64,000 nucleotides of DNA, from assembly GCA_963722035.1 (NCBI GenBank), contig CAVRLG010000001.1, positions 8,703-72,702 on the forward strand. Direction: 5' to 3'. The notes below the pieces were generated by a model. It made no database searches, had not been told where the DNA came from, and saw only the letters and a program-made list of their open reading frames with translations. Source of the stretch: an uncultured Thermoleophilia bacterium (GTDB taxonomy: Bacteria; Actinomycetota; Thermoleophilia; Gaiellales; Gaiellaceae). Positions 1-8,694 of this stretch are shown here, piece after piece; the stretch's first letter is position 1; each line of letters starts with the position of its first letter. A program made the position numbers and the translations under genes.

Positions 1-2
1 TG

Positions 3-843
3 CGCAACGAGGATCGGTTCGTACGGCAGGCGCTGCTGAACGTAGCGAGCTTCTGCGATCGGATCCTCGTCGCCGACCACATGTCCACCGATCGGACACC
101 CGAGATCCTTCGCGAGCTCTCGCGTGACCTCGACCACCTCGAGGTGCGGAGGATTGCGCACTCGGCTGAGTCCCACGCGATGATCGAGGGGTTCGCGGGC
201 ACCGACACTTGGATCCTCTCCGTCGACGGTGATGAGCTCTACGACCCCGACGCGCCTCGTCCGGTTTCGCCGTGACCTCGAGGACGGTGCGCACCAGGAC
301 GTCTTTCGGGTCCGTCCCGCCGGGCTCCACTGCGTGGAGCTCGACGAGTCGCAGGCCTTGGCGTCCGGGTACCTTTCGCCCCCGAGTCGTCCGCTCGTCG
401 GGTTGCTCAACTTCGCCGCGATCGAGTCGTGGTCCGGGGTCCGCGCCGAACGTCTCCACGGTGGCGACATCATGTTCCGGCGCGGGTTCGAGATGGACAG
501 TTGGCGCCATCTGGGGATGGAGCTCGGGTGGGACAAGAGCCCATTCTGCGATCTCCACGTTTGCTTCCTTCGGCGCTCGAGCTCCGATCCCGATGTCGTC
601 CCATCATTCGGACGCCCGAATCTGGCCGAGATGGGTACCTACCGGCACGGCCCGCTCGGGTTTCTCGAGCGTCTTGCCCGCCGGACGCTGCGCCGGGGGC
701 ATGTCGAGCGGCGAGAGGCTTCGGAATGGAAGGCGCACAAGTACCGGCGGGGGGAGCGCGTGACCGTCGATGCGTCTCCATTCCTAAGCAGGAGTGAACG
801 TGCCGGCACGCGTCGACCTCGGCATAGTTGTCGCGACGTATGA
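3..843 (+). pseudogene. GT2-like glycosyltransferase, 5' end outside window, one frameshift near nt 250 (or a sequencing indel)
   Basis: Frame 3 from nt 3 reads NEDRFVRQALLNVASFCDRILVADHMSTDRTPEILREL...ILSVDGDELYDP and stops at 275. The sense continues in frame 1 (ORF 229..843, RLVRFRRDLEDG...). Family call rests only on the DxD-type VDGDE region. Confidence 0.5.
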
Positions 844-1687
844 GTGGCCGGACGCGCTCGACGTAGTGCTTGAGGGCTCTGTTCGAGCAGTCGGACGGTC
901 GCTTCGAGGTGGTCGTGGCCGACGACGGCTCCGGATCGGCGACCCACGATGTGGTGCGAAGCTGGCGGTCCAGGTTCGGTGAGCAGACTCGTCCACTCGT
1001 GGCAACCCGATATCGGCTACCGACGCGCCCGCTCTTTGAATCTCGGAGCCCTCAGCTGCGACGGCGAGCTACCTCGTATTCCTCGACGGCGACTGCCTGC
1101 CGCGACGCCGCTTCGTCGAAGCGATTCGCCGAGCCGCGCTTCCCGGATGGTTCCTTGCGAGCAAGCGCCTGAACATGAGCGCGAGGCTCTCGCGGCGTGT
1201 CCTGGAGGAGCAGGTGCGGGTCTGGCGCTGGTCTGCGGTGCGGTGGCTGGTGACCGCACCACGTGAGGTATTCACCGCACCGCGCGAGATCGGACGTCCG
1301 GGCCTGCTTCTTCCTGTCCGCGACCGTCGGCGCCCGTGGCGACCCGGACAGCCTGAGTTCGTGCCCCCCTTCGACGGATACGGGTTCTGCTTCGGCGTTG
1401 GTCGCGATGACCTCGAACGGGTGAACGGGTTCGACATGCGGTTCACAGGCTGGGGAGGCGAGGATGTCGACCTTGCTATGCGTCTCCGGCGGACGGGTCT
1501 GAAGTGCGGCTGGCCTGGCGCGAAGTCGACAATGCTCCACCTGTGGCATCCCGAGAGGAAGGGCGGGACGAAGTCGAACGCGGCGCTCGTCCAAGAGACG
1601 GCCGCGAGTGCACGTGTCAGGGCGGTAGAGGGGCTGCACGAGCTTGCCCGAGAGCTCGAAGCGGAAAGGTCTCAAGCGGGCTCATAG
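794..1687 (+). pseudogene. GT2 glycosyltransferase with galactosyltransferase-C-like tail, three +1 frameshifts (about 872, 985, 1068)
   Basis: ORF pieces 794..982, 870..1172, 949..1266 and 1175..1687 (frames 2>0>1>2) join as VDLGIVVATYEWPDALDVVL / RALFEQSDGRFEVVVADDGSG / LVHSWQPDIGYRRARSLNLGAL / YLVFLDGDCLPRRRF...FTGWGGEDVDLAMRL. This is colinear with the paralog at 1707..2601. Confidence 0.65.
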
Positions 1688-1706
1688 TGAGTCCGTTGCG
1701 AGCGTC

Positions 1707-2601
1707 GTGAGCACCAGAGATGCGTCCTTCACGGTTGTGCTCGCGACCTACGAGCGGGCGGACGCCCTCGAGCTCGTCCTCCGGGCGCTTGCCGAGCAAG
1801 GCGAAGAGCCATTCGAGGTGGTCGTAGCCGACGACGGGTCCGGCGAGGAGGTCGCGACCGTCGTCGAGAGGTGGCGCGAGCGCATCGACCTCCGCCACGT
1901 GTGGCAACCGAACGAAGGTTTCCGGAAGGCTCGTGTGCTCAACCTGGCAGCGCTCGCGGCCCGCGGTGACTACCTCGTCTTCCTCGATGCGGACTGCGTG
2001 CCGCGCCGCGGTTTCATGCGAGCGATCCGGAAGGGTGCTATCCCGGGCTGGTTCCTCTCGACCAAACGAATCATGCTCCGAGAGAGCTTCTCGGGTCACG
2101 TCTTCGTAAGAGGCTCTGATCTGGCGATGGTCGGCCCTCGGGTGGTTCATCCGAGCACCCCGAGAGGTCGGCAGGCCCGGGTATCTCCTATCCGCACGCG
2201 ATCGTCGGCGACCCTGGCGCGCAGGCCAGACGGAGTTCGCGCCGCCGGGTCTTGCGTACTCGCTCGTGGGCGTCTTCCGTGCGGATTTCGAGAGGGTCAA
2301 CGGATACGACGCTCGCTGCCAGCGAGTCGACGATGGTGAGGATCAGGATCTTGCGATACGGCTACGCAGAAGCGGGCTTCGCTGCGGATGGCCCGGGCCG
2401 GCATCGACCGTGCTCCATCTTTGGCATTCGCCCCGCTCGTACAACACGGGCAGTCGTCTCCCACTCTTCCGCAGGACCGCGATTGATGACCGCGTCCAAG
2501 CGGTCGTCGGGCTGCGCGAGCTCGAAGCCGAGCTCGCGGCTCAGGTGAGCGCGAACCGCGTGGGCGGGTCGAGCTCCTCGAGCGATCCCGTGAAGAGGTA
2601 G
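1707..2601 (+). pseudogene. GT2 glycosyltransferase, tandem paralog of 794..1687, one +1 frameshift near 2120
   Basis: Frame 0 reads SFTVVLATYERADALELVLRAL..FEVVVADDGSG..YLVFLDADCVPRR. After about 2120 the sense continues in frame 1 (WRWSALGWFIRAPREVGRPGYLL...FRADFERVNGYDA...LHLWH, ORF 2266..2601). GTG 1707 is the first start after the upstream TAG at 1685-1687. Confidence 0.65.
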
Positions 2602-3479
2602 CTGCGCTCCGAAAGCGCTGCCAGCGACGCGGGTGACGAGTAGGTCGCCGTCGCCAACACGCGTGGAGCCGTCGTCGCAAATCCTCCCCGGTGAAAGCCC
2701 GCGGTATTGCAGAAGAGCAGCGTGCCCTTCGGCCCGGTGAACGTCTTGACAGCCTCTCCGGGGATACGGCTCTCGAGATCGTCCTCGGGCGGATAGTTGT
2801 CGCCGAGGGGTCGCCACGGCCAGGCATTGCCGTAGCGACCACCAGGGGCGCTCCCCGGCACGTACTGGAAGGGTCCGACGCCTTCATCGACGTCTACGAG
2901 GTAGAGAAATGCCTTCAGGAGGTGCTTGTCGTTGAAGTCGCGGTGCCAGCGCTGGGATGCGATCCGCGCTGCCTCCTCGGGCTGCGGCACGGAGTACCAC
3001 ATGTCCACGTACTCGAGCTTCGACCACAGCCCGAGGTAGGTATTGGCCAGGTCGAGCATCCGTCTGGAAGCACAAGCCCGAAACCACGGGTCGCCGAGAC
3101 CCAGTTCCACGCCGTAACTGTGCAGCCGAACGACGAACTCCTTGCCCGCCCGCACACGCAGCCCTTCGCGGTCGCCGGCGAGGGCGGCTTCCGTCTCGGC
3201 AACGAACTGGCTGCACTGCGCCTCGATGTCGCGCCATGCGTCACCCTCGGGGAACAGGTCTTCGAAGGTCAGCAGCGAGTAACCGTCGGCGTCGAGCTCG
3301 GTGACAATCCGCTGCTGGACGTCGTCGAGCTCAGGGCGGGCGCCGGTGAAGTACCGGCGGCTGCTTCGGTTCGAGAGAACGCGATCGTGCAGCGTGTACG
3401 TCGCTCGAATCCCACGCCGTTCGAGCGCTGTCGCGACGTGGTTGACCCGCGCTGCGAATCGTGTCTTCGTCCTGTGCAC
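2541..3479 (-). CDS. Fe(II)/2-oxoglutarate dioxygenase, PhyH-like
   Basis: Intact 312-aa ORF. HxD motif in QRWHRDFND and a distal His in NTAGFHRGG, with spacing typical of the PhyH/2OG oxygenase fold. Motif-level call only. Confidence 0.7.
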   Translation of the reverse strand: MHRTKTRFAARVNHVATALERRGIRATYTLHDRVLSNRSSRRYFTGARPELDDVQQRIVTELDADGYSLLTFEDLFPEGDAWRDIEAQCSQFVAETEAALAGDREGLRVRAGKEFVVRLHSYGVELGLGDPWFRACASRRMLDLANTYLGLWSKLEYVDMWYSVPQPEEAARIASQRWHRDFNDKHLLKAFLYLVDVDEGVGPFQYVPGSAPGGRYGNAWPWRPLGDNYPPEDDLESRIPGEAVKTFTGPKGTLLFCNTAGFHRGGFATTAPRVLATATYSSPASLAALSERSYLFTGSLEELDPPTRFALT

Positions 3480-3534
3480 CGCATCCCTACGCTACCCCAC
3501 GTGAACGTCGACCGTCCCGACCCAGGCGCGGAGG

Positions 3535-4644
3535 GTGTTCGTCCTCTACCGCGAGTCGCGCCTCCGCCGTGATGCGCTCGCGGCGCCCGTCGGCGCAGGC
3601 GCGCGGTACAGCCTGTACGGCTTGGACGAGCTTGCTGCGAGCGGGTTCGCGGTCGCGCACAACCTCGCTCCTGGCAGTGCTCCTGGCGCTGCTGCTCGTG
3701 CGGCCGGTGCCGTCCTCGACCGAGCCGTACGTGCCGTTGGCGGCTACTCGGGGGACTTCGCGTCCGTGCTTGCGTGCCGTCGGCAGCTGAATGACGCCGA
3801 TGCCGTGTTCTCGACGGTGGACACCCTCGGGATTCCGCTCACGCTACTCGCCCGCCGAGGGCTGATTCGCACCCCTATCGTCTACGCCGCGATCGGGCTT
3901 CCCGAGCGGTTGGCACAGCTTCGCACCACGCGCGCCCGGCGGATGTTCCTCGACGCGTACCGGCGCCTCAGCGCGATCGTCACGTACGGATGGGGCGAGG
4001 CCGAGGCCCTTCGAGAGTGGCTCGGTGGCGCCGGACCGCCGGTCCTGTTCGTGCCGTTCGGCGTCGACACGACCTACTTTGCTCCCCAAGCCGGTGTGTC
4101 AGCCGAGACGGACGTCGTCTCCATCGGCGCAGATCCGCGCCGGGACAACGCGCTCCTGCTCGCGCTCGCGCGGGCGCATCCGGAGTGGTCGTTTCGGCTT
4201 GTTCTGGCTAACGACGGTGCACGATCGCTCGGAACCCTTCCGGCAAACGTCTCCGTCGAGGTCGACATCCCGTTCGACCACATCCGCGATCGCCTCGCGC
4301 GTGCTCGGACAGTTGTTCTCCCTGTGCGGGACAACAGCTACTCCGGCGCCACGACTGTCCTGCTGCAGGCAATGGCTTGCGGAAAGCCCGTCGCCGTCAG
4401 CCGCACTGCTGCGATCACGACCGGGTATCACCTCGAGGACGGTGTCAACTGCCGGCTCGTCGCGCCCGGGAGCCTCGACGAGCTCGAAGCGGCCGCTCGC
4501 GAGCTACTCGCGGACGAGGCTCGTGCCGCGGCTCTCGGCGCTCGGGCACGCGAAACGGTCGAGCGACAGCTGACCTGGGCTCGCTTCACCGACTCGATCG
4601 CGGATCTGCTTCTCGCTGCCGCCGAGTCGAGGGTCGACCGGTGA
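3535..4644 (+). CDS. Glycosyltransferase family 4 (GT-B)
   Basis: Intact 369-aa ORF. C-terminal GT4-type region SYSGATTVLLQAMACGKPVAVSRTAAITTGYHLEDGVNCRLV. Confidence 0.85.
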   Translation: MFVLYRESRLRRDALAAPVGAGARYSLYGLDELAASGFAVAHNLAPGSAPGAAARAAGAVLDRAVRAVGGYSGDFASVLACRRQLNDADAVFSTVDTLGIPLTLLARRGLIRTPIVYAAIGLPERLAQLRTTRARRMFLDAYRRLSAIVTYGWGEAEALREWLGGAGPPVLFVPFGVDTTYFAPQAGVSAETDVVSIGADPRRDNALLLALARAHPEWSFRLVLANDGARSLGTLPANVSVEVDIPFDHIRDRLARARTVVLPVRDNSYSGATTVLLQAMACGKPVAVSRTAAITTGYHLEDGVNCRLVAPGSLDELEAAARELLADEARAAALGARARETVERQLTWARFTDSIADLLLAAAESRVDR

Positions 4645-5655
4645 CGCTCCGCCGGATCGGCGCGCAGCGCCCTCTTTCGCATCCGGCGAGCCGGACGAAG
4701 AGCAGGCGGGATCGCCGCGACCGAGGCTGATCGCATCCGGCGCAGGAAGTGCCGCGCCGACGTCGCGCTCTTCCACGAGTTCGCACCGCCGCCGTATGGC
4801 GGTGGAAACCAGTTCTTGCTCGCATTGAAGGATGAGTTCGAGCGCCGTGGGCTCGAGGTGGAGGTGAATCGGATATCCGGGGCGACCCCCGCCTGCCTCG
4901 TCAACTCGTTCAACTTCGATTTCCGGCGCCTCCGGCGCTTCAACCGGCCGGACTGTCGGCTCGTACATCGGGTGGATGGGCCGATCGGCGTGTACCGAGG
5001 GTTCGACGACGGCACCGATGCCCGGATCGCAGCCATCAACGCAGAGCTCGCAGCTGCGACTATCGCCCAGTCGAGGTTCAGCCTCGAGGCGCATCGGAGC
5101 CTGGGAATCGAGCTTGTCGACCCCGTCGTCGTTCACAACGCGGTCGATCCGGCGATCTTCTACCCACCCGAGCGTCGTGAGGCGCTCTCGGCGCGCAAGG
5201 TGCGTCTCATCGCGACTAGCTGGTCGGACAACCCGAACAAGGGTGGGGAGACTCTCGCCTGGCTCGACCGCAACCTCGATCGGAGCCGTTTCGAGCTCAC
5301 GCTCCTTGGACGTTTTCCGGTCGCGTTCGAGCATGCGCGCGTGCTCGAACCGCTCCCGTCCGAGGCGGTCGCGAGCGAGCTTCGGCGACACGACCTCTAC
5401 ATCGCGGCAAGCCGCAACGATCCGTGTTCGAACGCGCTTCTCGAGGCGCTCGCCTGTGGCCTTCCCGCGGCGTATCTCGACAGCGGCGGGCATCCTGAGC
5501 TCGTCGGCGAGGCGGGACTCCCGTTCGCGGACGACGAGGAGCTTCCGGACGTGCTCGCCCGGCTCGTCGACGAGATCGAGCAGCGTCGATCCGCAATCCG
5601 GGTCTCGTCCCTCGCGGACGTCGCAGATCGGTACCTCGAGGTCTTGCGCGGGTGA
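4641..5655 (+). CDS. Glycosyltransferase family 4; probable frameshift in the first ~15 codons
   Basis: ORF 4816..5655 carries NDPCSNALLEALACGLPAAYLDSGGHPELV. The GT-like N-terminus VALFHEFAPPPYGGGNQFLLALK continues upstream in frame 1 to the stop at 4644, with no ATG/GTG/TTG in that frame. The only upstream start is GTG 4641 in frame 0 (GTGA overlap with the previous gene). Confidence 0.7.
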
Positions 5656-6791
5656 ACCTCGGAACTACCGCACGCAGGATCGTTGTCCCACCAGCCAGAA
5701 TCGCCGCTCGAGCGGTGGTCCGAGGGCGCACTTCGGGGTGGGCCGATCACAGTCGTCTCTTCACGCTTGGAGATCGGGGCAGCTGGTCTGTGGAGGAGGA
5801 CGCAGAGCACCTCGCCGCGACCGCGCGCCGACTGGGTTTCGAGGTCGCCCCGGCGCGCTGGGCTCCGTTCGCCGAGCGACAGGCCGTCTTCCACGCAAGC
5901 CACTTCGAGGCACTGGCTGCGCGGTGGCTCGAGTCGTCTCATCGTCTCGGTGCGGCCTACCTGCACGGGAGACCGGGCACCCCGGGCTACCCGGAGTTCG
6001 ACGCGAGCTTCGAGACGCTTCGCCGTCACCCCGACCGGCTCGCGCGTGTCCAGGTGACCCATGCGGAGATGCACGAGCTCGTCCTCTCCGCGGGAGTCGA
6101 TCCTGGGCGGGTTTTCCGCATCCCGATCGGGATCGACCTCGAGAACTTCCCACGAGTCGACGCTGAGCGGCGCGCCGAGGCCCGGCGAGCGCTCGATTTG
6201 GGCGAGTCGGCGTTCGTCCTCGGCTCGTTCCAGAAGGATGGAGTCGGCTGGGGTGACGGCCTCGAGCCAAAGCTGATCAAGGGTCCCGACGTTCTGATCG
6301 CGTCGCTCCAGGCGGTGCAAGCAGACGTCCCGGAGCTCGTCGTGCTGCTCACCGGGCCCGCCCGCGGCTACGTGCTGAAGGCTCTCGACGGGCTCGGCAT
6401 TCCACACCGGCATCTGCTCGCGCGCTCGCGAGGGGAGCTCGCGCGCGCCTATCGCGCTCTCGATGTGTACGTCGTCCCGTCGCGCCAGGAGGGCGGGCCC
6501 AAGGGCGTTCTCGAGGCGATGGCAACCGGTGTGCCGCTGGTGACGACGCGAGTGGGGCAGGCCTCCGACCTCGTCGAGGACCGGCGCAACGGCTTTCTCG
6601 TCGACGTCGAGGACGTCGATGCGATCGCGGAGGCCGTTCTGCGAGTTCATGGCGATCGAGAGCTCGCCGACGGGATGACCAGTGGTGGTAGGGCGACGGC
6701 CGAGCAGTGCGCGTATGAGCATCTAGATCGCGACTGGGAGCAGCTGCTGGACGGGTTCGTCGTCAGGGAAGGTCGGCATGAGTCGCATTGA
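5652..6791 (+). CDS. Glycosyltransferase family 4
   Basis: Intact 379-aa ORF with GTGA overlap with the upstream gene. Motif VVPSRQEGGPKGVLEAMATGVPLVTTRVGQASDLV. Confidence 0.88.
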   Translation: MNLGTTARRIVVPPARIAARAVVRGRTSGWADHSRLFTLGDRGSWSVEEDAEHLAATARRLGFEVAPARWAPFAERQAVFHASHFEALAARWLESSHRLGAAYLHGRPGTPGYPEFDASFETLRRHPDRLARVQVTHAEMHELVLSAGVDPGRVFRIPIGIDLENFPRVDAERRAEARRALDLGESAFVLGSFQKDGVGWGDGLEPKLIKGPDVLIASLQAVQADVPELVVLLTGPARGYVLKALDGLGIPHRHLLARSRGELARAYRALDVYVVPSRQEGGPKGVLEAMATGVPLVTTRVGQASDLVEDRRNGFLVDVEDVDAIAEAVLRVHGDRELADGMTSGGRATAEQCAYEHLDRDWEQLLDGFVVREGRHESH

Positions 6792-7854
6792 CGTTGCTCG
6801 CGGAGGACGCTATGCGCGGGCCGGCGCGCGCTGGGCGCGCCTGCTCGCGGCGCGCAAGGGAACGCCCGGTACTCGCGTCTTCTACGGTCACGATCGCGTT
6901 CCCGCGCCGGGGGAGCGCGTAGCCGGTGGCACTGCCAAGGCGCAGAAACTCAACGAGCACTTCCCGAACAGTCCGACCGACTTCTCTCTGCTGTATCTCG
7001 GGTCGACGTGGCTTCCGCGCGATCTGAGGCCGTTGGCGTCGCTCGCTCGACGCCGAGGTGCTTCGATCGTGGTCAACCAGGACGGCGTCGCCTACCCCGG
7101 CTGGGCCGGAGCGAGAACGGACGAGCTGAACCGACCACTGAGGCAGGCGCTGCTCGCCGCCGATCACGTGCTCTATCAGAGCGACTTCTCGAAGCACTCC
7201 GCCGATCTGTTCCTCGGTGAGCCGAACGGAACGTGGGAGGTCCTGTACAACGCCGTCGATGTCGATCGGTTCACGCCGGCAGAACGGCCGCCGACAGGAG
7301 GCCCGATCCTGCTCCTCGGCGGCGACCAGACACAGGCATACAGGGTCGAGCTTGCGCTCCGCGTGCTGGCCGAGCTCGTCCCGAGTCACCCCGACGCACA
7401 GCTCCTCGTCACCGGGCGCCTCGTGGCTTCTCCGGACATGCTCGTCGAGGAGCTCGGGCTCGGCGGCCGCATTCACTTGCTCGGCGAGTACGCCCAGCGT
7501 GATGCGCCGGGGATCTTCCGGCGCGCGCAACTCCTCCTGCACACCAAGGTGAACGATCCGTGCCCGACGCTTGTCGTCGAGGCGATGGCCTGCGGGTTGC
7601 CGGTCGTCCATCCTGCGAGCGGAGGCACGGTCGAGCTCGTCGGCGACGTAGGCGGAATCGGCGTACCGCACCCCGACGGCTGGGAACTGGATGAGCCACC
7701 TACGCCGGACGCGCTCGCTGCCGCGGTCGAGCTCGTGCTCGACGATCTGCCAACGTACTCAGCCGCCGCCCGTGCAAGAGCCGTCGAGAGCTTTTCGCTC
7801 GACCGCTGGCTCGACCGTCACCGGGAGCTCTTCGAGCGACTCGTCCGGCGATAG
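6778..7854 (+). CDS. Glycosyltransferase family 4
   Basis: Intact 358-aa ORF. Motif LLLHTKVNDPCPTLVVEAMACGLPVVHPASGGTVELV. Confidence 0.88.
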   Translation: MSRIDVARGGRYARAGARWARLLAARKGTPGTRVFYGHDRVPAPGERVAGGTAKAQKLNEHFPNSPTDFSLLYLGSTWLPRDLRPLASLARRRGASIVVNQDGVAYPGWAGARTDELNRPLRQALLAADHVLYQSDFSKHSADLFLGEPNGTWEVLYNAVDVDRFTPAERPPTGGPILLLGGDQTQAYRVELALRVLAELVPSHPDAQLLVTGRLVASPDMLVEELGLGGRIHLLGEYAQRDAPGIFRRAQLLLHTKVNDPCPTLVVEAMACGLPVVHPASGGTVELVGDVGGIGVPHPDGWELDEPPTPDALAAAVELVLDDLPTYSAAARARAVESFSLDRWLDRHRELFERLVRR

Positions 7855-8694
7855 CCGTGAACGCGCCCCCGAAACGTCGCCGCGTGGTAGCGACGCCCGT
7901 GTCCGGTCGCGCTGGGCGAGCGAGACGACCGCGCCTCCCAGCGGCCGTACGAGCATTCGCGCGACCGTTCGCAGCGGATAGTGGTGCTTGCGAAGTAGGT
8001 AGCCGATGCTTGCCCCGTCGCGTAGCCCGATCTCGGCGTCGTCGACTCGCACGTCGTGCCGTACGACGAGGCTCGTGTCGTACTCGATCCTCCCGCCGCC
8101 TCGAACAGCGCGGATCAGGTAGTCGATCTCCTCGCCGGAGGACCACGCCTCGGAGGATCCCAGCCCAAGCCGTTCGTCGAACGTACCGACGCGCTCGACG
8201 ACGCTGCGGCGGAGGAAGATCGTGAATGAGATCGCCCGGTTCCAGAGGTTGTCATCCGTCAGCGTGGCCGACTGCGTGCTCCACGATGCCGACGATCGCC
8301 CCGAGGCGTCTTCGGTCCGTCCCGTCAGGCCGTCGAGACCGGGATCGCTGACGAACCGCTCTGCGACCCGCGTCAGCAAGCCGGACGGATACATGCAGTC
8401 GTCGTCGGGCAAGGCGATGAGATCGGCGGCGGCATGTTCGAGGGCGATATTTCGCGAACTCGACAAGCCCGGCGCCGATCGCAGATGAAGCACGTCCACG
8501 CTACCGGCCGCGAGAACGGGATCGAGCCGTTCGTCGTCGTTCTGATCGACCACGATTACTCGCAGCGACGGGTACTGCTGCGCCTCCAGCGAATCCAGCA
8601 GGCGACTGAGCTCCTCGACTCGGCCAACCGTCGCGACGATCAAGTCGAACGACGGTAGCTCGTGAGGCACGGGTCGTAGGCTACGGGACGCCAA
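7759..8694 (-). CDS. Glycosyltransferase family 2
   Basis: 311-aa ORF. FDLIVATVGRVEELSRLLDSLEAQ, VIVVDQND, ALPDDDCMYP (DxD). Its 3' end overlaps the convergent gene by about 96 nt, so the last residues are uncertain. Confidence 0.8.
   Translation of the reverse strand: MASRSLRPVPHELPSFDLIVATVGRVEELSRLLDSLEAQQYPSLRVIVVDQNDDERLDPVLAAGSVDVLHLRSAPGLSSSRNIALEHAAADLIALPDDDCMYPSGLLTRVAERFVSDPGLDGLTGRTEDASGRSSASWSTQSATLTDDNLWNRAISFTIFLRRSVVERVGTFDERLGLGSSEAWSSGEEIDYLIRAVRGGGRIEYDTSLVVRHDVRVDDAEIGLRDGASIGYLLRKHHYPLRTVARMLVRPLGGAVVSLAQRDRTRASLPRGDVSGARSRLSPDESLEELPVTVEPAVERKALDGSCTGGG

Noticed and set aside
5397-6722. Long antisense ORFs opposite well-supported genes (for example 5397..6722 -, 10627..11901 -, 24280..25629 -, 31136..33007 -, 54067..56598 +, 9081..10250 -, 46274..47383 -)
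   Set aside because: Their translations are Arg/Pro/Gly/Asp-rich low-complexity strings with no recognisable motifs. They lie exactly opposite genes with clear family signatures. Stop-poor shadow frames are expected at this GC content.
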